This document shows, piece by piece, positions 24,850-33,223 of a stretch of DNA of 64,000 nt. The position numbers and the translations under genes are program-made. Within the stretch, counting starts at the first letter, position 1. Every line of letters starts with the position of its first letter. This DNA comes from an uncultured delta proteobacterium (GTDB lineage: Bacteria > Desulfobacterota > Desulfobacteria > Desulfobacterales > JAFDCJ01), in assembly GCA_963769935.1 (NCBI GenBank), contig CAVYNY010000020.1, positions 473,609-537,608 of the forward strand. The letters run 5' to 3'. The notes under the pieces are model-generated. The model did no database searches and was not told where the DNA came from. It saw nothing but the letters and a program-made list of their open reading frames with translations.

Positions 24850-25038
24850 GAAAATACCTCCTTAAATTGAAAAGCCCGTGAAGCGGGCAACTATAATTTT
24901 ATAAAAATAGATGGCGTGAGCTGTCAAAAACCGGCCCACGCCAAAATCGAAATCGATATTAAATGGTAGCTATTTTGTCGGTGCCCTCGATATATTTAAA
25001 ATGCGCGGCATTCCCCACTTGGTTTCGACCGAGACGGT

Positions 25039-25578
25039 CTATTTCGGTGCCAGAAGCATGATCAGGGAGCGACCTTCTAATTTGGGACTTTGCTCCATCG
25101 TGGCAACCTCTTCGGTTTGCTCCGCAATTTTTACGAGCAACGCCATCCCCAATTGCGATAGTGTGATTTCTCGGCCCCGGAATATCACGGTTACTTTGAC
25201 TTTGTCTTTTCTTTCAAGAAATTTCTTTATGTGGTTGATTTTCGTCTGCAGATCATGTTCGCCGGTTTTGGGGCGGACCTTTATTTCCTTTACCTGGAAG
25301 GTGCTCTGCTTCTTTTTGGCTTCCTGCTTCTTTTTGGTTTGTTCATACCGATAGCGTCCGTAGTCCATGATCTTACAAACCGGGGGATTCGCATTGGGGG
25401 ATACCTCCACCAGGTCGAGACCAAATTCCGCTGCCGTATCAAGGGCCTGCTTTGTAGAGATAACACCAACCTGGTTACCTTCGGGGTCAATGACCCTGAC
25501 TTCTCTGGCCCTGATTTCGTTGTTAATATTAACTTTGTTCGTCCGTATCGGTCGCTGGGGTCGTCTTGGTGATGCTAT
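25039..25578 (-). CDS. infC: Translation initiation factor IF-3 (non-canonical ATA start)
   Basis: The frame extends upstream of the called ORF as INNEIRAREVRVIDPEG...LDLVEVSPNANPPVCKIMDYG. ATA at 25578 lies 5 nt after AGGAGGT. Confidence 0.95.
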   Translation of the reverse strand: MASPRRPQRPIRTNKVNINNEIRAREVRVIDPEGNQVGVISTKQALDTAAEFGLDLVEVSPNANPPVCKIMDYGRYRYEQTKKKQEAKKKQSTFQVKEIKVRPKTGEHDLQTKINHIKKFLERKDKVKVTVIFRGREITLSQLGMALLVKIAEQTEEVATMEQSPKLEGRSLIMLLAPK

Positions 25579-25893
25579 GTTTTACCTCCTGGTTCAATGA
25601 TTATGGTTGCGTTCACACACGCGCTCTACAAGTTTCGCAAGGTATGCACGCCGATGCCGGCGGCACCCCCACCCGGCTTGGAAAACCGTGGTGAATCCAT
25701 CCGTTTGAATATACAACCAAAATAAGAAATGCAAGAAAAAAATGCAAGGGAAAAATGCTTTTGCCGGTTCATATTAAGTTTTTTCAGATTCTAGGATGAT
25801 AGCCACCCTTCCGTTCATACAGAAAAGCCAGGTACAGCCAACGGTCTGAAACTTATGCGCCTCAAATGCAATCCAGCGAGAATGCTGATCATT

Positions 25894-26400
25894 TCAAATT
25901 TCCTGTTTCAATGTGTATTCGGCCAGCAGGCTTTGTTTCAAATAATGGTTGGCCGGATCGGCAAAGTAGGCCTTCATCATTTTAAGGCTTGCGGGGCGCA
26001 ATATGCCGGGTACAACCTTCACCGGGCTGTTTTTATACAGCGGATTCAGGTGCGACAGGTCGCAGCCGGTGCCGCCGCCCATAACATCCTCATAAGCGTA
26101 AACGATTCGACCGATACCCGATATTATCAGAGCGCCGTAACACATCAGGCAGGGCTCCATGGTACTGAAAGCAGTTATCCGGCCTCGGTCGAGCTGATTT
26201 TCATTTTCAGCCAAATGCCGCAAGGCAATCATTTCGGCGTGGTCGATTTCATTGCAGCCTTCTCCCACGGTGCCTTGGCGGGCGCCGGTCGCCAGGATTT
26301 TACCCCGGTAAACCAGAACACAGCCGACCGGAAACTCGCCGGCCGCCAGAACCTGCTCGGCTTGCTCCAGAGCTTTTGCCATAAAATATTGGTCTTCCAT
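25894..26400 (-). CDS. Nucleoside/cytidine deaminase family protein (TadA-like)
   Basis: Motifs GEFPVG, HAE and MEPCLMC. Confidence 0.88.
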   Translation of the reverse strand: MEDQYFMAKALEQAEQVLAAGEFPVGCVLVYRGKILATGARQGTVGEGCNEIDHAEMIALRHLAENENQLDRGRITAFSTMEPCLMCYGALIISGIGRIVYAYEDVMGGGTGCDLSHLNPLYKNSPVKVVPGILRPASLKMMKAYFADPANHYLKQSLLAEYTLKQEI

Positions 26401-26403
26401 GAA

Positions 26404-26566
26404 TGTTTAGTTGATTCGTGTATGGGTTGATTAAGTTGATTGGACCCGCGTTAACAGCCAAATGGTTAAAGCACTGTATAGTTCATTGAGCAGCGGAATT
26501 CAACCTAATAAAAAGCCGATGAACCTAATAAACTTAACCAATCGAATCTACTCAATCAACCCTACA
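26404..26566. repeat. Degenerate 9-mer-armed palindromic element
   Basis: tagttgattcgtgtatgggttgattaagttgattgg ... caacctaata..gaacctaataaacttaaccaatcgaatctactcaatcaacc. Confidence 0.5.
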
Positions 26567-26572
26567 AGGAGG

Positions 26573-27151
26573 TTACAACCTACAGATATCCTCATCGCAC
26601 GGGCAGCTGTCATCCACTTCATAGCAATACACGATTCTGGATTCCAATGCGGCCCGCTGCGCCGGGATCACTTTAAACTCATCGCGGGCAGCAATTTCTT
26701 GCAGTTCCGATTTCGAGGGAATGTTCTCCAATCCCACGGTCAAGACGCTGCCTCCCGAACCCTCCAAAACTTCGGCATCTTCGCCGTTGGTTACTACGGC
26801 GACAGGTATTTGGTACGGCGCCAACACACGGGATGCGGCCAGCACCGGCCGACGCCGGGTAACCAGCGAACCCGGGCCATATTTGACAATCATGCAAATT
26901 TTGCCGTACAGGCTGATTAAAAAATCGATCTTAACAATCGCCCGTTTCTCTCCGGCCTGTACCAGCAAGTCTTTGCACCGTTCGATGTCACTTTTAAGAT
27001 ATCCTTTCCGGTTTACAAGCAAACGTGCTATTTTTTGGCGGTAGCGTTCATCATGGGTGTCTGGCAGGGTCGTGCCGCTGATAAAATCGTCGAGTTCGCC
27101 CAGTATTAGATGATGTCCATTCATTGGTGCAAATTTAGCCCTATTGACCAC
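26573..27151 (-). CDS. Stand-alone type I restriction HsdR N-terminal-like domain protein
   Basis: ERYRQKIARLLV..KGY, IDF and VVTNGEDAE resemble HSDR_N-type small proteins. The family call is from recall and the start may be 27124. Confidence 0.55.
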   Translation of the reverse strand: MVNRAKFAPMNGHHLILGELDDFISGTTLPDTHDERYRQKIARLLVNRKGYLKSDIERCKDLLVQAGEKRAIVKIDFLISLYGKICMIVKYGPGSLVTRRRPVLAASRVLAPYQIPVAVVTNGEDAEVLEGSGGSVLTVGLENIPSKSELQEIAARDEFKVIPAQRAALESRIVYCYEVDDSCPCDEDICRL

Positions 27152-27342
27152 TCCGAAATAGCCGGGTGCAGCGAAACGAATATCCCATTTAGCGGGGAAT
27201 TGAAAAATGAAGATCGTAAATTGATTTCATTGTACAAGGTGCATAAAAATTTTTTTGAGCACCTGAAAATAATATTCCTTTACATGAAAACCGGCTTGGG
27301 AGTAATATAATACCTTTTTCAAGGTTGTTAAGTAAGGGTATC

Positions 27343-28398
27343 ATGTCCATAAGAGCAGAATTTGAAAAACGCGAAAGAAAATTTATGTCGCCCTTCGGTT
27401 GTTTGAGTGCCGAAACCCGGGGACGCGCGATAAAGGAAACATCCTGCCCGGTGCGCACCGCTTTTCAGCTGGATCGTGATCGTATTGTTTATTCTAATGC
27501 TTTCAGGCGGTTAAAACATAAAACCCAGGTCTTTCTTGCCCCCCTGGGTGATGACTACCGAACGCGCCTGACCCACACCCTTGAGGTGGCTCAAATGGCG
27601 CGGGCCATTGCACGGGCGCTGTTTTTAAACGAAGACCTGGTTGAAGCGATCGCGCTGGGGCATGATCTGGGCCACACACCCTTTGGGCACAGCGGCGAGA
27701 CCGTACTCAAAGAGATCTTCTCGGCCCATTTTTCACACAACGAACAGAGCCTGCGCGTCGTTGAAATCCTGGAAAACAACGGCAACGGACTCAACCTGAC
27801 CTACGAGGTTCGGGACGGCATACGGAAACACGCGAAAGGATTCGGCAAGATTATTCCCGAAAATGCCGCTGAAATGGCCGATACCTATGAGGGACAGGTG
27901 GCCAGAATCGCCGATATCATGGCTTATCTGAATCATGACCTGGAAGATGCGATTCGAAGCGGTGTGGTTAAAGCCGAGCAGGTGCCGGACGATTGTACCA
28001 AGGTCCTGGGCCGCACCCATTCGGATCGCGCCACCACGATGATCATGGATCTGATATCCTGCAGCAGCGTTTGTGATGATAAACTCTGCCTGCAGATGAG
28101 TGATGATGTGAGCTCCGCCATGTCCAACTTGAGAAAATTCCTATACGATAATGTTTATCGATCGCCCCGCGTGCATAAAGATTTTGAAAAAGCCAAGAAG
28201 ATTCTCACCGAGCTTTACCTCTTTTTGCTGGAAAATGAAGATGTGCTGCAGAAACAGTTGGCCGAACTAAAAATGACCGGCTGCAACGACCGGCAACAGA
28301 GCCGAGAAAGAATCGTCTGTGACTTAATCGCCAGTATGACCGACCGCTATGCCTTGAACCTTTACAAAAAACTATTTTTCCCGAATCCGGTGGTTTAA
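27343..28398 (+). CDS. dgt: Deoxyguanosinetriphosphate triphosphohydrolase (HD family)
   Basis: Motifs FQLDRDRI, FRRLKHKTQVF, RTRLTHTLEV, HDLGHTPFGHSGE and MTDRYA. Confidence 0.95.
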   Translation: MSIRAEFEKRERKFMSPFGCLSAETRGRAIKETSCPVRTAFQLDRDRIVYSNAFRRLKHKTQVFLAPLGDDYRTRLTHTLEVAQMARAIARALFLNEDLVEAIALGHDLGHTPFGHSGETVLKEIFSAHFSHNEQSLRVVEILENNGNGLNLTYEVRDGIRKHAKGFGKIIPENAAEMADTYEGQVARIADIMAYLNHDLEDAIRSGVVKAEQVPDDCTKVLGRTHSDRATTMIMDLISCSSVCDDKLCLQMSDDVSSAMSNLRKFLYDNVYRSPRVHKDFEKAKKILTELYLFLLENEDVLQKQLAELKMTGCNDRQQSRERIVCDLIASMTDRYALNLYKKLFFPNPVV

Positions 28399-29057
28399 TG
28401 GATACCGACAAGGTCCGTTCCATGACATTGCCTGCCATGCTGGATGATGAGTCGCTGCACGTCTATCTTGACCGGATGCGGCAGATATTTACCGGCATGG
28501 ATCAAAAATATGACCAAGCGGCCACCCACTATAAGTTTCTGTGTACCGGATGTGAGGATAACTGCTGCCGGACGCGCTTTCATCACCATACCTATCTGGA
28601 ATTTCTGTATATTCGCGCTGGATTTGAAAAGTTGGAGCCGACCGGACGACATGCGATACAGGCCAAGGCGGAAGCGGTATGCCGCCTGACCGCCCAGGCG
28701 CAGAAAAAAGGCGCTGCTGTGCGGCTGATGTGTCCGTTAAATGACGCCGGCCTGTGCCGCCTGTATCCCTATCGTCCCATGATATGCCGGCTGCACGGCA
28801 TCCCTTATGAACTTCAAACACCCGGCCGATCGGTTAGCTGCGGCCCGGGCTGCGGGGCCTTTGACGAACAGTGTTCCGGCCGACCCTATTTCAAATTTGA
28901 CCGCACCCCGTTCTATTTCGAAATGGCCGAACTGGAAAGCGAGTTTAAACAGACCATCGGACTGACGGGCAGGATCAAGTTGACCATCGCCGAAATGATC
29001 CTTCGCATGGAGCATAGCGTAAAGTCGGAAGGACAAAGGATATGGGTAAAAGGCTAA
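28398..29057 (+). CDS. YkgJ-like Cys-cluster (putative Fe-S/Zn) protein
   Basis: Motifs CTGCEDNCC, CPL....CRLYPYRPMICRLHG. It is translationally coupled to dgt (TAATG). Confidence 0.75.
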   Translation: MDTDKVRSMTLPAMLDDESLHVYLDRMRQIFTGMDQKYDQAATHYKFLCTGCEDNCCRTRFHHHTYLEFLYIRAGFEKLEPTGRHAIQAKAEAVCRLTAQAQKKGAAVRLMCPLNDAGLCRLYPYRPMICRLHGIPYELQTPGRSVSCGPGCGAFDEQCSGRPYFKFDRTPFYFEMAELESEFKQTIGLTGRIKLTIAEMILRMEHSVKSEGQRIWVKG

Positions 29058-29157
29058 AGGTAAAAGGTGAAAGGCTGTAGCATCGCGCAGAGCGCAAAGC
29101 GTAGATTCGAGGACCCCATGAATTATGCACTATGCGGAGCGCAGCGACCTTAGAACC

Positions 29158-29940
29158 ATGAAATCCATTGAAATTGAAGAAATAGACAAATTACCCGGCA
29201 TTCGGATTCAGGAAAATGACCCCTTTTGTTTTCGCTGTCATCCGGAGGTGGAATGTTTTAACCGCTGCTGCCGGAATCTGAATCTATTTTTATATCCTTA
29301 CGATGTGCTGCGGTTAAAACAAGCGCTGCAATTGTCTTCGGATGCCTTCCTGGATAAATATGTGGACATTGTCATGCGGCCTTCCAATTATTTTCCTGAA
29401 GTGCTCCTGCGCATGGCGGAAAATGGGGCGAAAACCTGCCCCTTTGTGACAGAAGACGGGTGTGCCGTGTATGATCACCGGCCGGATACCTGCCGCACGT
29501 TTCCAATCGAACAGGGAGTCCTTTACGATGCTTTTCAAGAAACGAATTTGCCGGTTTATTTTTTCCGACCGCCCGAGTTCTGTCGCGGGCAGGATGAAAA
29601 GCAGGAGTGGACGGTACCCGATTGGATCGAAGACCAGGGGGGGGAGCAGTACCAGCAGATGACGATTCGATGGTCGGAACTAAAAAGACTGTTTCAAAAC
29701 GACCCCTGGGGTCTTGAGGGCCCCGAGGGACCGAAGGCAAAAATGGCCTTCATGGCCACTTATAACATCGATCGGTTTCGGGATTTTGTGTTTCAAAGCA
29801 GTTTTTTAAAACGCTACCGGATTAAATCCGCCCTGCGCAAGCAGTTGAAAACCGATGATGTGGCCTTGTTGAAATTCGGTTTTGAGTGGGTGAAGGCGTT
29901 TATCTGGGGCATGCAAAGTCGGTATATTCAGCCGCGGTAG
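29158..29940 (+). CDS. YkgJ family Cys-cluster protein
   Basis: Motifs FRCHPEVECFNRCC and CPFVTEDGCAVYDHRPDTCRTFP. The start is taken at MKSIE. Confidence 0.85.
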   Translation: MKSIEIEEIDKLPGIRIQENDPFCFRCHPEVECFNRCCRNLNLFLYPYDVLRLKQALQLSSDAFLDKYVDIVMRPSNYFPEVLLRMAENGAKTCPFVTEDGCAVYDHRPDTCRTFPIEQGVLYDAFQETNLPVYFFRPPEFCRGQDEKQEWTVPDWIEDQGGEQYQQMTIRWSELKRLFQNDPWGLEGPEGPKAKMAFMATYNIDRFRDFVFQSSFLKRYRIKSALRKQLKTDDVALLKFGFEWVKAFIWGMQSRYIQPR

Positions 29941-29987
29941 ATTGGCGGTTTCCGGTCTTATCTGGCGGAGTGATGCTTTTCAAACCA

Positions 29988-30076
29988 TGCCCATTCGTTG
30001 GCCCGTTAGCCGGTCTGCCCGTGGGCCGGTTGGCAGAAGCGGGCTAACGGGACAACGGGAAAACCGGCTAGCCGAC
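29988..30076. repeat. 8-mer-armed palindromic element between convergent genes
   Basis: cgttggcccgttagccggtctgcccgtgggccggttggc ... cgggctaacgggacaacgggaaaaccggctagccg. Confidence 0.55.
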
Positions 30077-30913
30077 TCATTCGACGCCTTGCGGCATCTC
30101 CCCCACTTTGTCACCTCCCAGCAAATATCCGCCGTCCAGACGCAGCACGGAGCCCGTCATAAAAGGTGCCTCATTGATGATAAAAAGAACGGCTTTGACG
30201 ACGTCATCTATTGTGCCGGTCCGGTGCAGCAGGGTGTGGTCAAGCAACGCATTTTTCTGCTCCGGGGTCAGCAAACTCCAACCCCGGGTATTTTGGGCAT
30301 GACGCGTTTCAACAAAGCCGAGCATGATTTCGTTTACCCGAACCCGCGGGGCTCCCATGCGGGCCCAAGTTTCGGTCAACAACGATATCCCGCGGTTGGC
30401 GGCTGCGTAGCCGTCGTTGAAAACCATACCGGCAGGGCCGCTGCGACCGACTACGGCGGCAATCGAGGAAAAATTTATGACCACGCCGGCACCGGAGGCT
30501 TTCAGGTGCGGCAGGGCGGCGTCGAAAACCCAGCGTTTGGCCCGCAGGGTGGTTTCCAGTTCGAGGTCCCACTGCTTCGGTACATACGGCCCGTGAACAA
30601 CCGGCCAGCCGCCGCGTTCGATGTTATTGACCAGGATGTCGAGCCGGCCGAAATGATCGACGACCTTTTGGATTAATTCCGGCACCTTTTCGACCTCCAG
30701 CAGGTTGGTTTGAACGATGAGGTGCTCCTTGCCGCTGTCGGCAAATTCCCTGCGCATCCCTGCCAGCTCTTCCTGCCAGTCGAAATAATTCAAGGCCACC
30801 TTGACACCCTGCTCCGCCAAAGCAAGGCCGATACCTTTGCCGATGCCTTTGATCGCACCCAGAACGAGTGCGACTTTTCCGTTTAGCTCCATACCAGCAC
30901 CATTCGATTCCAA
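30077..30913 (-). CDS. SDR family oxidoreductase
   Basis: Motifs LGAIKGIG, LDILVNN, YAAANR (atypical YxxxK) and FMTGSVLRLDGG. Confidence 0.88.
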   Translation of the reverse strand: MESNGAGMELNGKVALVLGAIKGIGKGIGLALAEQGVKVALNYFDWQEELAGMRREFADSGKEHLIVQTNLLEVEKVPELIQKVVDHFGRLDILVNNIERGGWPVVHGPYVPKQWDLELETTLRAKRWVFDAALPHLKASGAGVVINFSSIAAVVGRSGPAGMVFNDGYAAANRGISLLTETWARMGAPRVRVNEIMLGFVETRHAQNTRGWSLLTPEQKNALLDHTLLHRTGTIDDVVKAVLFIINEAPFMTGSVLRLDGGYLLGGDKVGEMPQGVE

Positions 30914-30930
30914 GTAAATTGGACTACCTT

Positions 30931-31160
30931 AAAATCCCAAATTACAAGCACCAAATTATTTACCCCGTTAAATAATTTTATGAATAGCATAATTGTTTTA
31001 GTTACTATGGATCGCATTCTCTACCTAATTCCCTGTATCCCCACAAGACAATTTAACAGGGCAGGTAAATCTCAAACTCCAATTCCAATGACCGAAAAAA
31101 GTTTTGGTATTTTTGTTTTGAATTTCGAATTTTGGTCATTGGGATTTGTTTGAAATTTGG
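30931..31160. repeat. Heptamer-armed palindrome (AAATCCC/AAATTAC...GGAATTT) with an internal TIR-bounded insert
   Basis: aaatcccaaattacaagcaccaaatt ... tttggaatttgtgatttggaattt. The internal segment is bounded by ccccgttaaat / atttaacaggg, and a related element occurs at 42731-42900. Confidence 0.6.
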
Positions 31161-31224
31161 AATTTGTGATTTGGAATTTGCAAAAATCCATTGCACAAAC
31201 AGCAGCAGACCTATAAGTGCCACC

Positions 31225-31953
31225 TCAATCTTGATCGAAAAGCACACGCTTAATCCACTGCATCCCTATTTCCAACAGCGCCAGATCATCCTCAAGGGCT
31301 TTATCCATCAGTGCAGAATCGATCTGAAGACCGGCTAAGAGTCCGTTGTTGATGATCCGGGATCTGAAACCATCCAAGTCATAAAGCGCTGTAAAAATCA
31401 GGCGTCTGGATTTAAGATCCAGCACACCGGGCTTCAGCCTGTTTTTCAGGCTGATAATTTGGATCATTTTGTCGTTGATTTCATTGTAAACAGCGATTTT
31501 TTGGTCTCCAATCCATTGCCGTACGGTTTGGGCACTACCTTGATTAAATCCGAGGCAGTGCGGTTCCCTCAATACCATGAACTGCTCGATTATTTCCCCT
31601 GTCTTTCTGGCGCGTGCAGCCGACCGCACGAGGGGATACATGCGGCATGATGACGGCCGGTTTTCATACACGCTGCAGCCCTTTTTCGTTGCAAAGGGGC
31701 AGCGTAGATCGCGGTTGTCGGCCGGCTTCAGCGTCACAATGGGAAGTCCTGATTCCGGACCGGTGTGCTGGGAGGTGTATTGGGAAAGGAATTGTTCCGA
31801 TAACAGTCCCAGGTGAGTTTTTAAACGCAGGATGTCATAAGGTGTCAGAAATTGGTTTAAATCCCGGCAGCACGCATTAAAACAAGGCACTTCCGGGGTG
31901 CATGCAAAGCAAAAGGTATCTTGCAGTGCTATGGGGGTTAAATCAGGTTCCAC
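31225..31953 (-). CDS. YkgJ family Cys-cluster protein
   Basis: Motifs FACTPEVPCFNACC and CPFATKKGCSVYENRPSSCRMYP. It is a paralogue of 29158..29940. Confidence 0.85.
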   Translation of the reverse strand: MEPDLTPIALQDTFCFACTPEVPCFNACCRDLNQFLTPYDILRLKTHLGLLSEQFLSQYTSQHTGPESGLPIVTLKPADNRDLRCPFATKKGCSVYENRPSSCRMYPLVRSAARARKTGEIIEQFMVLREPHCLGFNQGSAQTVRQWIGDQKIAVYNEINDKMIQIISLKNRLKPGVLDLKSRRLIFTALYDLDGFRSRIINNGLLAGLQIDSALMDKALEDDLALLEIGMQWIKRVLFDQD

Positions 31954-32025
31954 CGCAGGGTCTCCTTATCTTAAATAGTGAAAATCTCTCATACCACGGC
32001 TCGAATTTTTTAGCCAATTGTAAGT

Positions 32026-32272
32026 TCGTTTGGATGGTTTAGATCGTTCGGATCGTTTCGTTGGTTAAGATCGTTTGGATGGCTTTGATGTTCAGAGGTT
32101 CAAGATTCAGGGTTTTGGGGCTTCGCCCTCCGGGCATCCGACTTCGCTCTTTGGGCTTCGCTTTCAGCTACGACCCAACAGGTTGAGCTACGACGGGACA
32201 AATCGACCCCACGCGCAGGGTTCAGGGTTAAAAGAGCAAGAGCCGTTACCTTTCACCTTTTACCTTTAGCCT
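32026..32272. repeat. Dispersed intergenic repeat (copy 2) with nested REP-like hairpins
   Basis: Same 9-mer units and gggttaaaagagcaagagcc as 24476-24620, interrupted by a GC-rich gggcttcg...gctacgac segment. Confidence 0.7.
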
Positions 32273-32704
32273 TCCGGTAGACTCTGTCGTCAGGATTCAA
32301 CACTACATATGGTGTCCGAATCAGGCTTGTTATCAAAATATTGCGAGAAATTGAAATGGAAGTTAAAATCAAGAATTCTTGTCATTTTGTTTGGTTAAAA
32401 GTACTTGACAAGGCACATGTTGAATGGTATTGTTTTCATCTTATAGCTACTATATCCTATTGAAATTAAAGGAAATTTTGCTTGCTTCATTTCATACTTG
32501 ATCGCTTGCAATACGTTTTCATCGAGTTGAACCGGATGGGGTCCGGTTATTGAAAAATAAATCACCCAGGAAATAAAACAAAGTGAGCCAAAGCGTTCCA
32601 CTTTGGGTCACCTTAATGAAGGGAGGTGCAAAACAGTTACGGAATTTAACGGATAGTTTATCGTTTTTTAAAAGACCAAAAACAAAATTTAGGAGGTATA
32701 ATAA

Positions 32705-33148
32705 ATGCCAAGTTTTGTAATAACTGAAAAATGTGACGGCTGCAAAGGCGGGGACAAAACTGCCTGTATGTACATTTGTCCCAATGACCTGATGGTTCTG
32801 GATCCCAACGAGATGAAGGCTTACAACCAGGAGCCCGATCAGTGCTGGGAATGCTTCTCATGCGTTAAGATTTGCCCGACTCAGGCCATCGAAGTCAGGG
32901 GCTATGCGGACTTTGTGCCCCTGGGAAGCAGTGTCATGCCGATGCTGGGTACCGAAGATGTAATGTGGACCTGCAAGTTCAGAAACGGGACCATCAAACG
33001 CTTTAAGTTCCCCATTCGGACCACTCCCGAAGGACAGGCCAATGCTTACAAGGATTTGAAAGCCAGCGACCTGGACAGCCAGCTGCTTTCAACCGAGGAA
33101 GCCGAAGGCGCAGCGCTGCGTGCACCTGCTGCCGACCAATTGGCTTAA
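32705..33148 (+). CDS. aprB: Adenylylsulfate reductase beta subunit
   Basis: Motifs CDGCKGGDKTACMYICP, CWECFSCVKICP and KRFKFPIRTTPEG. Confidence 0.99.
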   Translation: MPSFVITEKCDGCKGGDKTACMYICPNDLMVLDPNEMKAYNQEPDQCWECFSCVKICPTQAIEVRGYADFVPLGSSVMPMLGTEDVMWTCKFRNGTIKRFKFPIRTTPEGQANAYKDLKASDLDSQLLSTEEAEGAALRAPAADQLA

Positions 33149-33223
33149 TTGGCGGCTCAGATCGCGTAAACGATGTTGAAACAATCTACCTAATAAATTT
33201 AGTGAATGTAAGGAGGATGCAAT

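Noticed and set aside
25894..28398. Deaminase + HsdR-like + dGTPase as a nucleotide-depletion anti-phage island
   Set aside because: The dGTPase is the short housekeeping type, the deaminase is a single TadA-like domain, the genes are divergent and there is no mobile context.
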